DNA from: an uncultured Candidatus Binatia bacterium
GTDB lineage: Bacteria; Desulfobacterota; Binatia; UBA9968; JAJDTQ01
Length of the DNA: 64,000 bases
Assembly: GCA_965242525.1 (NCBI GenBank)
Contig: OZ251459.1
Coordinates: 960,001 to 1,024,000 of the forward strand
Direction of reading: 5' to 3'
A program made the translations under genes and the position numbers. Numbering within the stretch: the stretch's first letter is position 1; every line of letters begins with the position of its first letter. Shown here piece by piece: positions 19,415-29,261 of the stretch. The notes under the pieces were generated by a model, which did no database searches, was not told the DNA's origin, and saw only the letters and a program-made list of their open reading frames with translations.

Positions 19415-20308
19415 TCACGTGAGGTTCCTGGTCCTGGGGTCCAGGTAGTCCCGCAGCCAGTCACCCAGCAGGTTGATGGAGAGCACCACCAGGACCAGGG
19501 CCAAGCCGGGGAAGAACGACAGCCACCAAGCGGTGGTGACGTGGGAGCGTCCGTCCGCGATCATGGCGCCCCAGGAAGGGGTGGGCGGGGGGATCCCGGC
19601 CCCGAGGAAGCTCAACGAAGCCTCCACGATGATGACCCAACCCACCTGCAACGTGGCCAGCACCACCAGGGGGTTGACGATGTTGGGAAGAATGTGCCGC
19701 CGGAGTATGCGGAACGAGGAGCACCCGGCCACCCGGGCCAGGGCCACGAACTCGCGCTCCTTCCAGGCAAGCGCCTCGCCACGCACCAGACGGGCGAACC
19801 TCGCCCACAGGACCAGGCCCAGGACCAGGACGAGGTTCCCGAAGCTCGGGCCGAAGACCACCGCGAAGAGCAGCGCGATCAGTATGATGGGCAGCGACAG
19901 CATGGCGTCGGTGGCGCGCATGATGAGGGTATCGGTCCAGCGACCGTAATAGCCGGAGACGAGACCCAGGAGGGTGCCGATGACGCCTCCCACGGCCACG
20001 GCCGCAAGGCCCGCGGCAATGGAGACACGGGCGCCGTGGATGATCCGGCTGGCGATGTCCCGGCCCAGCCGGTCCGTGCCCAGGGGGTGGGCCAGGGAGC
20101 CGCCGTCCTGCCAGAACGGCGGCAACAGCCGGGACCGGAGGGAGATGGCGTTGGGCGGGTAAGGCGCCGCCAAGTCGGCCAGCGCTCCCAGGCCGCCGAA
20201 GGTCACGAGGACCAGCAGGGGGAACATCGGGAGCTTGCCGCGGGTACGGGCGCGCGAGGCTTCCGCAGGCGCGCCGGCAACGGGTCCCGGAAACACGATG
20301 CTACGCAT
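19415..20308 (-). CDS. ABC transporter permease (DppC/OppC-like)
   Basis: HPLGTDRLGRD, EFVALARVAG (EAA loop), EASLSFLG, PSWGAMI. Confidence 0.92.
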   Translation of the reverse strand: MRSIVFPGPVAGAPAEASRARTRGKLPMFPLLVLVTFGGLGALADLAAPYPPNAISLRSRLLPPFWQDGGSLAHPLGTDRLGRDIASRIIHGARVSIAAGLAAVAVGGVIGTLLGLVSGYYGRWTDTLIMRATDAMLSLPIILIALLFAVVFGPSFGNLVLVLGLVLWARFARLVRGEALAWKEREFVALARVAGCSSFRILRRHILPNIVNPLVVLATLQVGWVIIVEASLSFLGAGIPPPTPSWGAMIADGRSHVTTAWWLSFFPGLALVLVVLSINLLGDWLRDYLDPRTRNLT

Positions 20309-21224
20309 GGCGAATGCGGGGGTCGATGTAGGCGTAGAGGACGTCCACCAGCAGGTTGGCCGCCAGTATGACGGTGGACACCAGCAGCACCACCCCCTGG
20401 ATCACCGGATAGTCGCGCCACTGGACCGCCTCGAAGGCCAGCCGTCCGATGCCCGGCCAAGCGAACACGGTCTCCACCACCACGCTTCCCGCCATCAGTA
20501 TGCCGAAGTAGAAGCCCACGAAGGTCACCACCGGGATCAGCGCGTTCCGGAAGGCATGCTTCCAGGTCACCACGGGCTCGGCCAGCCCCTTGAGGCGCGC
20601 GAACTTGACGTACTCGCTGTCCAGCACGTCCAGCATGGATCCCCGCAGGAGCCGCACCACCCCCGCCAGCATGAAGCCGAAGAGGCCCAGGGTCACCGCG
20701 GGCAGGACGTAGGACGCAAGACCTTCCTTGCGGCCTGCGGGCAGGAGGTCCAGGTTCACGGCGAACACGGAGATCAGCACGATGCCGGCCCAGAACGTGG
20801 GCACGGACTGGCCCAAGAGGGCCGCGGTGCGCGCCCCCACGTCCCAGATCCCGCCCTTTCGGGTCGCTGCGACCACCCCCAGGGGCAGGGCCAGCAGCAG
20901 GGCCATGCCGGTGGAGAGGCACACCAGCTTGAGGGTGTTGGGGAGCCGCTGGCCGATGAGCCGGGCCACCGGCTTCCGGGTCCGTATGGACGTGCCCAGG
21001 TCCGCGGCCAACAGGCTCCGGACGAACCGGGCGTACTGGACGTACACGGGCCGGTCGAGTCCGAGCTCCCGGCTCATCTCGTTGCGGAGGTCGGCCGAAG
21101 CGTCGATGGGCAACATCACGTCCAGGGGGTTTCCCGTGAGCCGCGCCAGCGCGAACACCAGAAGGCTGATCACCAGGAGTGTGACGAGGCACTGGACCAG
21201 CCTGCCGGCAATGTAACACCGCAT
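20301..21224 (-). CDS. ABC transporter permease (DppB/OppB-like)
   Basis: LGLDRP..VQY, EYVKFARLKGL, HAFRNALIP, VVVETVFAWPGIG. Confidence 0.92.
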   Translation of the reverse strand: MRCYIAGRLVQCLVTLLVISLLVFALARLTGNPLDVMLPIDASADLRNEMSRELGLDRPVYVQYARFVRSLLAADLGTSIRTRKPVARLIGQRLPNTLKLVCLSTGMALLLALPLGVVAATRKGGIWDVGARTAALLGQSVPTFWAGIVLISVFAVNLDLLPAGRKEGLASYVLPAVTLGLFGFMLAGVVRLLRGSMLDVLDSEYVKFARLKGLAEPVVTWKHAFRNALIPVVTFVGFYFGILMAGSVVVETVFAWPGIGRLAFEAVQWRDYPVIQGVVLLVSTVILAANLLVDVLYAYIDPRIRHA

Positions 21225-21251
21225 GGAACGCCCGCGGGTGGGTGCGCGCGG

Positions 21252-22865
21252 CTACCTGGCTGGAACCGCGGTGACCAGGCTCGGCTCGATGTATCCCCTG
21301 TGCGGCCGCAACCGGATGTCGGCCACCCGGTTCCCATAAGCCCAGAGGATCCCCTTCACGTCGGCGATGGGCACGCCCCGGTAGTCTCGGTGGAGCACCT
21401 CGTAGGCCTTTGCCACCTGGGCGGCGATGCCGTCGATGGAGGCTTCCCCCGCAGCCGCTTTGGCGATTTCGTCCACGTTGTCCGCCAGCTTGATGATCTT
21501 GCCGCTCAAGCTCCACCATATGCGCAGGTCGTCGGAGCCGTTGAGGCGCCCGGTGGTGGCGAAGGTCCCGGCTTGGCCGATGATCCGGGGAGACTGGGGC
21601 GTAGCGATGTAGAGCGGACGGAACGCGCCGATGTCGGTGGGCACGATGCTCGTCTTCACGCCCACGGCCTCCCAGAACCCGGCCACCACCTCGGCCAGTT
21701 GCCGGTACTGGGTGAAGCCTCCGGTGGGCAGCGCGAACAGCTCGATGGAGAAGCCGTTGGGGTAACCGGCCTCGGCCAGCAGCTTCCGGGCTTGCGCCGG
21801 GTCGTACGGGTACGGCTCCAGGTCCGCGGGGAACCCGATGGAGATCGGAGACACGGGGAACACGGCCGCGGGCCTGGCCTTGCCGTGGAACAGGGTCTGC
21901 ACGATCTCCTCCCTGTCGATGGCCAAGTTCAACGCCCGGCGCACCCGGAGGTCCCCGGTGGGACCCGCTTCCTTGCGATAGGTGCCGTAGAGGTGGATGC
22001 GCACGGATGTGGGTTGGGGGTCCTCGGCGATCTCGAACCCCGCCTCGGTCATCTCCGGCACCTCGTCCAGGGAGACCCGCGTCACGTCCACTTGGCCGGT
22101 CTTCAACATGGCCACGCGGGTGGAGACCTCGGGCACCAGCAGGACCCTCAGGCGGTCGAACCGGGGCGACCCGCGCCAGTGGTCTTCGACGGCCTCGAAC
22201 TCGATGAAGTTGCCCACCTCGTGCTCCACGAACTTCCAGGCCCCGGAGCCCACGGGCTTCTGCGCGAACCCGTCCCAACCCGCCTTCTCGATGTAGGCTT
22301 TGGGCAGCACGATGCCCTCGATGCCGGGCTGGTTGGACACGTCGTAGGGGAAGGTCGGCCACGGGCGCGCGGTGACGACCTCGATCGTATGGCGGTCCAT
22401 GACCCGGACCTCCCGGATGCCCTTGCGGAACTGCCGCACCCGCGAGCTCTTGGCCTCGGGCCGGCGGAAGCCCTCCATGAGCGTGAACTGCGCGTCCTCC
22501 GCGGTCATCTCGCTGCCGTCGTGGAACTTGACCCCCGGCCTCAGCCGGAAGGTCCACGAAAGCCCGTCCGCAGCCGGCTCCCAGCTCAGGGCCAGACCCG
22601 GAGTGAGCTTGCCGTTGGCGTCCACCTCGGTGAGCCAGTCCCACAGGGGGCCCACGAGCCCCAGGGACGCGCTGATGGACGTGCGCGTGGGGTCCATGGA
22701 CTCCTCGCCGAAGTTGCCGGCGGCGTACCGCAGGGTGCTTTCGGCCGCATGGGCCCGCGGCCCCGCCAGCCAGGAGCCGGACGACGATTGCCATGACGCC
22801 GCCAGCAAGGCCAGCGGAAGAGCCGGAACCAGGAGTCGAAAGAGCCTCCTCGAAGCGTGCAACAT
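21252..22865 (-). CDS. ABC transporter substrate-binding protein, family 5
   Basis: Signal-like N-terminus, PGLALSW, FRLRPGVKFHDG, PVGSGAW, VRRALNLAIDR, YDPAQARKLLAEAGY; GGAGG upstream of ATG 22865. Confidence 0.9.
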   Translation of the reverse strand: MLHASRRLFRLLVPALPLALLAASWQSSSGSWLAGPRAHAAESTLRYAAGNFGEESMDPTRTSISASLGLVGPLWDWLTEVDANGKLTPGLALSWEPAADGLSWTFRLRPGVKFHDGSEMTAEDAQFTLMEGFRRPEAKSSRVRQFRKGIREVRVMDRHTIEVVTARPWPTFPYDVSNQPGIEGIVLPKAYIEKAGWDGFAQKPVGSGAWKFVEHEVGNFIEFEAVEDHWRGSPRFDRLRVLLVPEVSTRVAMLKTGQVDVTRVSLDEVPEMTEAGFEIAEDPQPTSVRIHLYGTYRKEAGPTGDLRVRRALNLAIDREEIVQTLFHGKARPAAVFPVSPISIGFPADLEPYPYDPAQARKLLAEAGYPNGFSIELFALPTGGFTQYRQLAEVVAGFWEAVGVKTSIVPTDIGAFRPLYIATPQSPRIIGQAGTFATTGRLNGSDDLRIWWSLSGKIIKLADNVDEIAKAAAGEASIDGIAAQVAKAYEVLHRDYRGVPIADVKGILWAYGNRVADIRLRPHRGYIEPSLVTAVPAR

Positions 22866-22977
22866 GGGTAGTCCCTCCCTGTACGGAGAGTTCGGACGAA
22901 CGGCCGCGTACAGCCGCGTCTTCTCGCCCAAGCTCGATACGCCGGCACTCTACTCCCGATGAAGTCGCCGGTGCAAC

Positions 22978-23160
22978 CTCCACGACGTCAACGCACGCGA
23001 CACCCTGGCGCTGGAGGCCGGCGCCTTCTATGTCATGGACCGGGCCTACCTGGATTTCCATCGCCTGCATGAGTTCACCGAAGCCCTGTCGTTCTCCATC
23101 GTCCGTGCCAAGTCCAAGCTCCAGTTCCGCCGCCTTTATGGGCGGCCTGTTCCGACTGGT
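22978..23160 (+). pseudogene. Internal fragment of an IS4-family DDE transposase
   Basis: LHDVNARDTLALEAGAFYVMDRAYLDFHRLHEFTEALSFSIVRAKSKLQFRRLYGRPV matches the HD..DRGY..F.TRAK segment of IS4-type transposases; no start or end, no IRs seen. Confidence 0.75.
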
Positions 23161-23333
23161 CGGAGTTCGTGCCGGCCATGCGCGACAAGGTGGTGGGCTT
23201 CGAGGTCGTGGACGAGGAGGAGTGGCAGCAGCGCCTGAACGCGATGCTGGCGGCGTAGCCTGGCGTCAGGAGGTCGGCCTGCCTCTAAGCGTCTTCGAGG
23301 CGCCAACGGACGGAGTTCGGTCTGCCTGTGGCT

Positions 23334-24215
23334 TCAGCCCCCCTCCCGTTCCGGACCCTGCAGGTTGGCCAGGATCTTCCGGGTGGAGAGGGAGCGGTTG
23401 AGGGTATAGAAGTGGATGCCCGGGGCGCCGCCCCGGAGCAGGGCCTGGCACTGCCGCGTGGCGTGTTCGATGCCGACCTCCACCACCGCCTCGGGGTCGT
23501 CGGCCGCGGCTTCGAGCTTCGCCAGCAGCGCCCCGGGGATGGCGGCGCCGCACATCCGGGTGAAGCGCTTGACCTGGGCGATGTTCGTCACCGGCATCAC
23601 CCCGGGGATGATGGGCGCGCGGATCCGCTCCTTGCGCGCGCGCGCCACGAAATCGAAGTAGTCGCGCTCGTCGAAGAAGAGCTGGGTGACCACGAAGTCG
23701 CAGCCCGCCTCGACCTTTCGCCTGAGGTTGCGCAGGTCTTCCTCCCGGCTGGGGGCCTCCGGGTGCACTTCGGGATAACCCGCTCCGCCGATGCAGAAGT
23801 CCTTCCTCCGTCGGATGAACGCGACTAGTTGGTCGGCGTGGGAGAAACCTTCGGCATGGGGGACGAAGGCTTCGTCTCCCCGGGGCGGGTCGCCTCGCAG
23901 GGCCATGACGTTCTCGATGCCGGCGTCCTCGTATTCGTCCAGGAGTTCGCGGAGCTCGTCCCGGCCGTGTCCCACGCAGGTGATGTGGGCCATGGCTTCG
24001 ATGCCGGTCTCCCGCTTGATCCTCCGGGTGATGGCGACGGTGTTCTTCCTGGTGCTGCCGCCCGCCCCGTAGGTCACCGACACGAAGGCCGGGTCCAGCT
24101 CCTTCAGGCGGGACACGGTGTCGAACAGGGCCTCGACGCCGGGGGCGTCCCTGGGCGGGAAGAACTCGAAGGAGAACAGCGGACGGGCGTCGCCGAACCG
24201 TTCCCGGATCTTCAT
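23334..24215 (-). CDS. metF: 5,10-methylenetetrahydrofolate reductase
   Basis: FSFEFFPP, SVTYGAGGST, AHITC, ALRGDPP, GYPEVHPE, TQLFF, HFYTLN; start overlaps the upstream stop (ATGA). Confidence 0.95.
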   Translation of the reverse strand: MKIRERFGDARPLFSFEFFPPRDAPGVEALFDTVSRLKELDPAFVSVTYGAGGSTRKNTVAITRRIKRETGIEAMAHITCVGHGRDELRELLDEYEDAGIENVMALRGDPPRGDEAFVPHAEGFSHADQLVAFIRRRKDFCIGGAGYPEVHPEAPSREEDLRNLRRKVEAGCDFVVTQLFFDERDYFDFVARARKERIRAPIIPGVMPVTNIAQVKRFTRMCGAAIPGALLAKLEAAADDPEAVVEVGIEHATRQCQALLRGGAPGIHFYTLNRSLSTRKILANLQGPEREGG

Positions 24216-26434
24216 GCGCCGCGCTCTCCTTCGGCGTCCCGCAGCGAGCGCCACACTCGCTCGGGGGTGAGGGGAAGGTCGCAGACCCGGACCCCGGTGG
24301 CCCGGGCCAGCGCGCCGGTAATGGCCGGCGCCACCGAGAAGATGCCGCCTTCCCCCATGCCCCGGCTGCCGTAGGGGCCCAGCCCGTCGCCGTTCTCCAC
24401 CAGCACCGTATGGAAGCCCCGAGGCATGTCCGAGAACGAGGGGATGCGGTAGTCCACCAGCGTCGAGTTGACGAGCTGCCCGCCTTCGTGGACCATCTGC
24501 TCGAACAGGGAGTGGCCGATGCCCATCATGGCGGCGCCTTCCTCCTGCCCCTCGCACTGGATGGGGTTGATGGCCTTGCCCACGTCGGCCACCGACAGGT
24601 AGTCGGCCACGGAGACGGCCCCGGTGTCGCGGTCGATGTCCAGCTCCACCGCGCCCATGCCCACCTCCCACACCACCGGCAGCACGTCCCCGATGATCTC
24701 CGGTCCCACCGTGCCCACGCCGATGAGCTCGCCCGCGGGGGCGCCGAAGCGTTTCTCCAGCGCCTCGGCGAACGACATCCTCGCTTCGCCGCAGACCAGC
24801 GCCCCGTCCATCAGCCGGACCTGGCCGGGACGCGCGCCGAAGACCCCGGCGCCGATCTTCCGTAGCTGGCGTTTCACGTCCCGGGCCGCGGCCTGCACCG
24901 CCCGGCCCATGAGCGTGGTGGAGCGGCTGGAGCCGGTGGAGCGGTCGTAGGGAGTGACCGCGGTGTCCGCCCCGGACGTGCGGATGCGCTCCGGCGGCAG
25001 TTGCAGCTCCTCCCCCACGAGCTGGGAGAGCACGGTGCGGACCCCCTGTCCCATCTCGGTGCTGCCGGCCATGACCGCGGCGGCCCCGTCCGCCTGGAGC
25101 CGCACCATGGCCACGGTGATGGGCTGGCCGCCGGCGTTGGTCATGCCGCAGGCCAGCCCCACCGGCGCGCCGGCCTCTCCCGAACGCTTCTTCCACCGGC
25201 TGGCTGTGACCAGGCGCCGCAACGTCCCGGCCAAGTCCACGTCCAGGGGCCGCAGCCCCGGACGAAGCACCTCGCCCCGCCCGAGCAGGTTCCCGAGACG
25301 GAGCTCCGCGGGGTCCATGCCGAGGCTCTCCGCGATCATGTTCATCTGGCTCTCGCCGGCGAATATGGACTGGGGCCCGCCGATGGAGCGGAAGGAGCCG
25401 GCTCCCCCGGTGTGGGTATGGACCGCATAGGCGTCCGTGCGGATGTGGGGGATGCGGTAGGGCCCGATGACCCGCGTGGCGGCCCGGGCCGCCACCTGGG
25501 GGCCGTTGTCCATGTAGGCGCCCGTGTCCAGATGGATCTCCGCCTCCCGCGCCATGATCGTCCCGTCCTGCCGGACGCCGGTCTTCAGGCGGATGCGGGC
25601 GCTGTGCCGCCGCACCGTGACCATGGCCTCCGGCACCGACAGGCACACGCGCACGGGGCGGCCCGCCTTGCGCGAGGCCGCCACTACCAGGGGCTCGATC
25701 TTGGCGTAGGACTTGCCGCCGAAGCCGCCGCCGAGGTAGGGGACTTCGAGGCTCACCTTGCTGGCGGGGAACCCGAAGATGCGCGCCAGGTCCGCCTGCA
25801 CCAGGAACGGATGCTGCGCGGACGACCACAGCCGGATGCCGTCGTTGCGGTAGTCGGCGATGACCCCGTGGGGCTCCATGGAGTAGTGGTAGATCATGGG
25901 GAAGGTGAAGCGGTGCTCGAACACGCGGTCCGATTGGGCGAAGCCCACCGCCACGTCGCCGCGCTCCACGCGCTCGTGGCCGCAGACGTTGCCGCTCCGG
26001 TCCGCGTGCACCCGCGGCGCGTCCGGGGCCAGCGCCTGCTCCAGGGTCACCGCCGCGGGCAACTCGCGATAGACCACGCTGACCGCGGACGCGGCCTGCT
26101 CCGCGGTGAGCGGGTCCTCGGCCGCTACCACCGCCACCGGTTCGCCCGCGTAACGGACCCGTTCCAGCGCGATGAGCGGACGACCGTTGAAATGGGGGTC
26201 CAGGTCGGCCACGTCCCGGCCGGTGAGCACGCCGGCGACTCCGGGCAGTTTCTCCGCGACCCCAGTATCCACCTCCTCGATGAGCGCGTGGGGGTGGTGG
26301 CTGCGCAGGACGTGGCCGTACAGCATGCCCGGGACCTCCAGGTCCCCGACGTATCGGGCCCTGCCCGTCACCTTGTCGAAGCCATCCACCCTGCGGGCGT
26401 TGGCGCCCACGAACTTGAGATCACGGTCTGCCAT
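24212..26434 (-). CDS. Xanthine dehydrogenase-family molybdopterin-binding large subunit
   Basis: DKVTGRARY, MEPH, GGGFGGK, EMGQG, DVGKAINP, DYRIP, GMGEGG; start MADRDL at 26434. Confidence 0.9.
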   Translation of the reverse strand: MADRDLKFVGANARRVDGFDKVTGRARYVGDLEVPGMLYGHVLRSHHPHALIEEVDTGVAEKLPGVAGVLTGRDVADLDPHFNGRPLIALERVRYAGEPVAVVAAEDPLTAEQAASAVSVVYRELPAAVTLEQALAPDAPRVHADRSGNVCGHERVERGDVAVGFAQSDRVFEHRFTFPMIYHYSMEPHGVIADYRNDGIRLWSSAQHPFLVQADLARIFGFPASKVSLEVPYLGGGFGGKSYAKIEPLVVAASRKAGRPVRVCLSVPEAMVTVRRHSARIRLKTGVRQDGTIMAREAEIHLDTGAYMDNGPQVAARAATRVIGPYRIPHIRTDAYAVHTHTGGAGSFRSIGGPQSIFAGESQMNMIAESLGMDPAELRLGNLLGRGEVLRPGLRPLDVDLAGTLRRLVTASRWKKRSGEAGAPVGLACGMTNAGGQPITVAMVRLQADGAAAVMAGSTEMGQGVRTVLSQLVGEELQLPPERIRTSGADTAVTPYDRSTGSSRSTTLMGRAVQAAARDVKRQLRKIGAGVFGARPGQVRLMDGALVCGEARMSFAEALEKRFGAPAGELIGVGTVGPEIIGDVLPVVWEVGMGAVELDIDRDTGAVSVADYLSVADVGKAINPIQCEGQEEGAAMMGIGHSLFEQMVHEGGQLVNSTLVDYRIPSFSDMPRGFHTVLVENGDGLGPYGSRGMGEGGIFSVAPAITGALARATGVRVCDLPLTPERVWRSLRDAEGERGA

Positions 26435-26550
26435 GATGATGCCTTTTCCACCGGGCCGCGGGGTCGGACCCAAGGCCGGCGGGCGGTTTGCGCGAGGCTG
26501 CCCGGGAGCGCAGCGGAGGGGAGGGGCCGGGACCCTCCGGCCTCGCGCCC

Positions 26551-27579
26551 TCAGAAGCCGTACAGGGCCCGGGGGTTGTCGTCCAGGATACGGGCCACCG
26601 AAGCGGGGCTCACCTTGCCGTCGTCCCTGAGCTTCTGCAGCGCCTCGATCTCGCTGGACGTGTCGTGGTGTCCGTAGTCCGTGCCGATGACGATGTTGTG
26701 GTCCCCCGTGTACTCCAGGACGTAGTCCAGGTCGTCGTCGGTCTGGCAGGCCACGAAGATGCGGCTGTCCTCGAGGAAGCTGCGGGACAGCTCGACGCCG
26801 CGCTTCTGCCGGAAGCGTTTGGCCAGGTCGTGGAACACGTAGGGGACCCACTGGGCGCTGACTTCGATGAAGCCGATGCGCAGCCTGGGGAACCGCTCCG
26901 GAACCCGCTCCCAGACCACCGAGTGGAAGGCGCCCACCACCGCGAGCTTGAACTTGTTGAAACCGGGCTCGCCGAAGAAGAGGTCGTGCTGCGTGAAGCT
27001 GCCGGTGGCCGAGTGCACGCACAGGGGCACGTCGGCGTCGCTCAGGGCTTCGTACAGCGGGGCGAAGTAGGGGTCGCTGAGACGCCGGTCGCCCACGAGC
27101 CCGGGGACGAACACGCCGCAGGCGCCGTACCCGAGCATCTCGTCCAGCTCCTTCAGCGCTTCGTCCATGCTCCGCAGCGGCAGCACCGCGGTCCACCGGA
27201 GGCGCTCCCGGCCCGCCTTCCAGATGTCGCACAACCAACGGTTGTAGCTCTTGAACAGGGCCATCTCCACCTCGGGCTTGTCCGTGACCGGGCGCAGGAA
27301 GATGGTGGGGTAGAGCACCTGCATGGACACGCCCATCTCGTCCATGTGGCGCAGGCGGGAGGCCACGTCGGACATCTCCCGGGACTCTTCCGGGGTGTCC
27401 CGGCCCACGTTGTCCGATTTGGCGTGGAGCCGGCCGTCCACCAGCCAGTACTCGCCCGTGCCCCCCGAGTCGGTATGGGAGGTCACGACCTGCGGACGGA
27501 GCGCCTTTTCCGCCCCCTCCATGTATTCCCAGGTCCGGTGGGTCTCCAGTACGTGTGCGTCTGCGTCGATGACCGCCAT
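26551..27579 (-). CDS. Amidohydrolase-2 family protein
   Basis: IDADAH, QVLYPT, SYNRW, CVHS, IEVSAQWVP, IGTDYGH; close paralog of 10417-11508. Confidence 0.85.
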   Translation of the reverse strand: MAVIDADAHVLETHRTWEYMEGAEKALRPQVVTSHTDSGGTGEYWLVDGRLHAKSDNVGRDTPEESREMSDVASRLRHMDEMGVSMQVLYPTIFLRPVTDKPEVEMALFKSYNRWLCDIWKAGRERLRWTAVLPLRSMDEALKELDEMLGYGACGVFVPGLVGDRRLSDPYFAPLYEALSDADVPLCVHSATGSFTQHDLFFGEPGFNKFKLAVVGAFHSVVWERVPERFPRLRIGFIEVSAQWVPYVFHDLAKRFRQKRGVELSRSFLEDSRIFVACQTDDDLDYVLEYTGDHNIVIGTDYGHHDTSSEIEALQKLRDDGKVSPASVARILDDNPRALYGF

Positions 27580-27599
27580 GATGAACCTCCAGCGTAACG

Positions 27600-28337
27600 T
27601 CAGGTCGTTTCCGGTACTTCCGACGGCCCCAGCAGCGCGGGGAGCTCGCCGAGTCGGTGGATGTGGATGACGCCGCCCCGGCGCTCGCCCCCGCGGCGCA
27701 ACAGCACGGGTCGGACCCCCGCCCGCAAGGCCCCTTCGACGTCGGTCTCCGGGCTGTCGCCCACGTGCATGGCCTCGTCCGGCGCGACGCCGTGCCGTTC
27801 CAGGGCCAGGCGGAAGATCCCCGGGGCCGGCTTGGCGAAACCCGCGCTGGCCGAGAGGAACACCGAGTCGAAACAGTCCGCGACGCCCAGCCCCCGGATG
27901 ATCCCCAGCACGCGCGAGTCGAAGTTGGAGATCATGGAGAGGATCAGCCCGCGGCGCTTGAGCGCGTCCAGGGTCGCCCGGGCGTCGTCGTAGAGCGCCC
28001 AGGAGTCGGTCCGGGCGAAGTAGGCGAAGATCTCGTCGAAGTAGTCGTCGAAGCGGGGGAAGGGTCCCGCGGGCTCGAACATGCGCCGCACCACCTCGCG
28101 CCACCAGCCCCGTTCCAGGGTCTCCAGCCGTTCGCCGCCGGGTCGGGGAAACGCCAGGGGCGGGGCGGTGGCGAAGCAGTGGCGGAAACGCCGGGAGACT
28201 TCCTCGAAGGACACGTCCTTGCCGTATCGTCGGGCCGTCTCCGCATAGGTGGCCGCAACGGGTCGGACGGACTCGAACAGGGTTCCCGCGGCGTCGAAGA
28301 ACACCGCCCTGGGCATGGCGACCGGACCGGGAGGCAT
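27600..28337 (-). CDS. HAD-superfamily hydrolase (HDHD3/REG-2-like)
   Basis: FFDAAGTL, ISNFDSR, KPAPGIF, HVGDS..DV.GA; alternative start 28316. Confidence 0.88.
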   Translation of the reverse strand: MPPGPVAMPRAVFFDAAGTLFESVRPVAATYAETARRYGKDVSFEEVSRRFRHCFATAPPLAFPRPGGERLETLERGWWREVVRRMFEPAGPFPRFDDYFDEIFAYFARTDSWALYDDARATLDALKRRGLILSMISNFDSRVLGIIRGLGVADCFDSVFLSASAGFAKPAPGIFRLALERHGVAPDEAMHVGDSPETDVEGALRAGVRPVLLRRGGERRGGVIHIHRLGELPALLGPSEVPETT

Positions 28338-28450
28338 GGGTTTTCGCGTCTTTCCCGAGTATTCGCTATAATCCCCGGGATGGTTCGAGCTCATTATGGA
28401 CCCATGGAGCGGATTTTGTCCAGCGGCCCGCGGTTCCGGGGACGGGGGCG

Positions 28451-29245
28451 TTGCGCGTCCCGGAGTTGACGGAGGAGTTGCGCGCGGCCGAGGGAGCGGC
28501 CCGGGAAGCGGGCGGCATCATCGCGCGGCTCTACCGGGGGCGCTACCAGGTGGAGCGGAAGTCCGACGGCGACCCGGTGACCACCGCGGACACGAGGGCC
28601 AACCGAGCCATCCGCGAGACCCTCGCGGCGCGCTTCCCGGAAGACGCGTGGCTTTCGGAGGAAGACGCGGACGACGCCGGGAGGCTGGAGCGGGAGCGCG
28701 TCTGGATCGTGGACCCGCTGGACGGCACCCGGGAGTTCATCGAGGGGGTCCCGGAGTTCTGCGTCTCCATCGGGCTCGCGCAGCGCGGCTCTCCCGTGTT
28801 GGGGGTGATCTACCATCCCCTCCTGGCGGAGCTCTTCAGCGCCGTCCGGGGCGGCGGCGCCCGGCTGAACGGCGAGCCGTTGCAGCCGCTCCCCGGCGGG
28901 GAGCGCGAGCGGCCGCGCCTGCTGGTCAGCCGCTCCGAACCGCGCCGACGGCTTGCGGACCTGGCCGGGGAGTTCGTCCTCCGGCCCATGGGCAGCATCG
29001 CGTACCGCATGGCCTCGGTGGCCGGAGGACGGGCGGACGCCACCGTGACGTTCCGCCGGGTCAGGGAATGGGACGTGTGCGCCGGCGTCGCCGTGGTCGA
29101 GGCCGCGGGCGGATGGGCCGCGGACGGGCGCGGGGAGCGGCCGGCCTTCAACCGGTCGAAGCCGGTGCTGGACCGGCTCGTGGCCGCAGGCAAGGGGCCG
29201 CGCGCGAAGGTCCGGGCGCTGCTGGACCGGTCGCCGGCGCCGTAG
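28451..29245 (+). CDS. cysQ: Inositol monophosphatase / CysQ-like 3'(2'),5'-bisphosphate nucleotidase
   Basis: DPVTTAD, WLSEE, WIVDPLDGTREF, VSRS, EWDVCAG. Confidence 0.8.
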   Translation: MRVPELTEELRAAEGAAREAGGIIARLYRGRYQVERKSDGDPVTTADTRANRAIRETLAARFPEDAWLSEEDADDAGRLERERVWIVDPLDGTREFIEGVPEFCVSIGLAQRGSPVLGVIYHPLLAELFSAVRGGGARLNGEPLQPLPGGERERPRLLVSRSEPRRRLADLAGEFVLRPMGSIAYRMASVAGGRADATVTFRRVREWDVCAGVAVVEAAGGWAADGRGERPAFNRSKPVLDRLVAAGKGPRAKVRALLDRSPAP

Positions 29246-29261
29246 GGTTTTTTTGGGGAAC

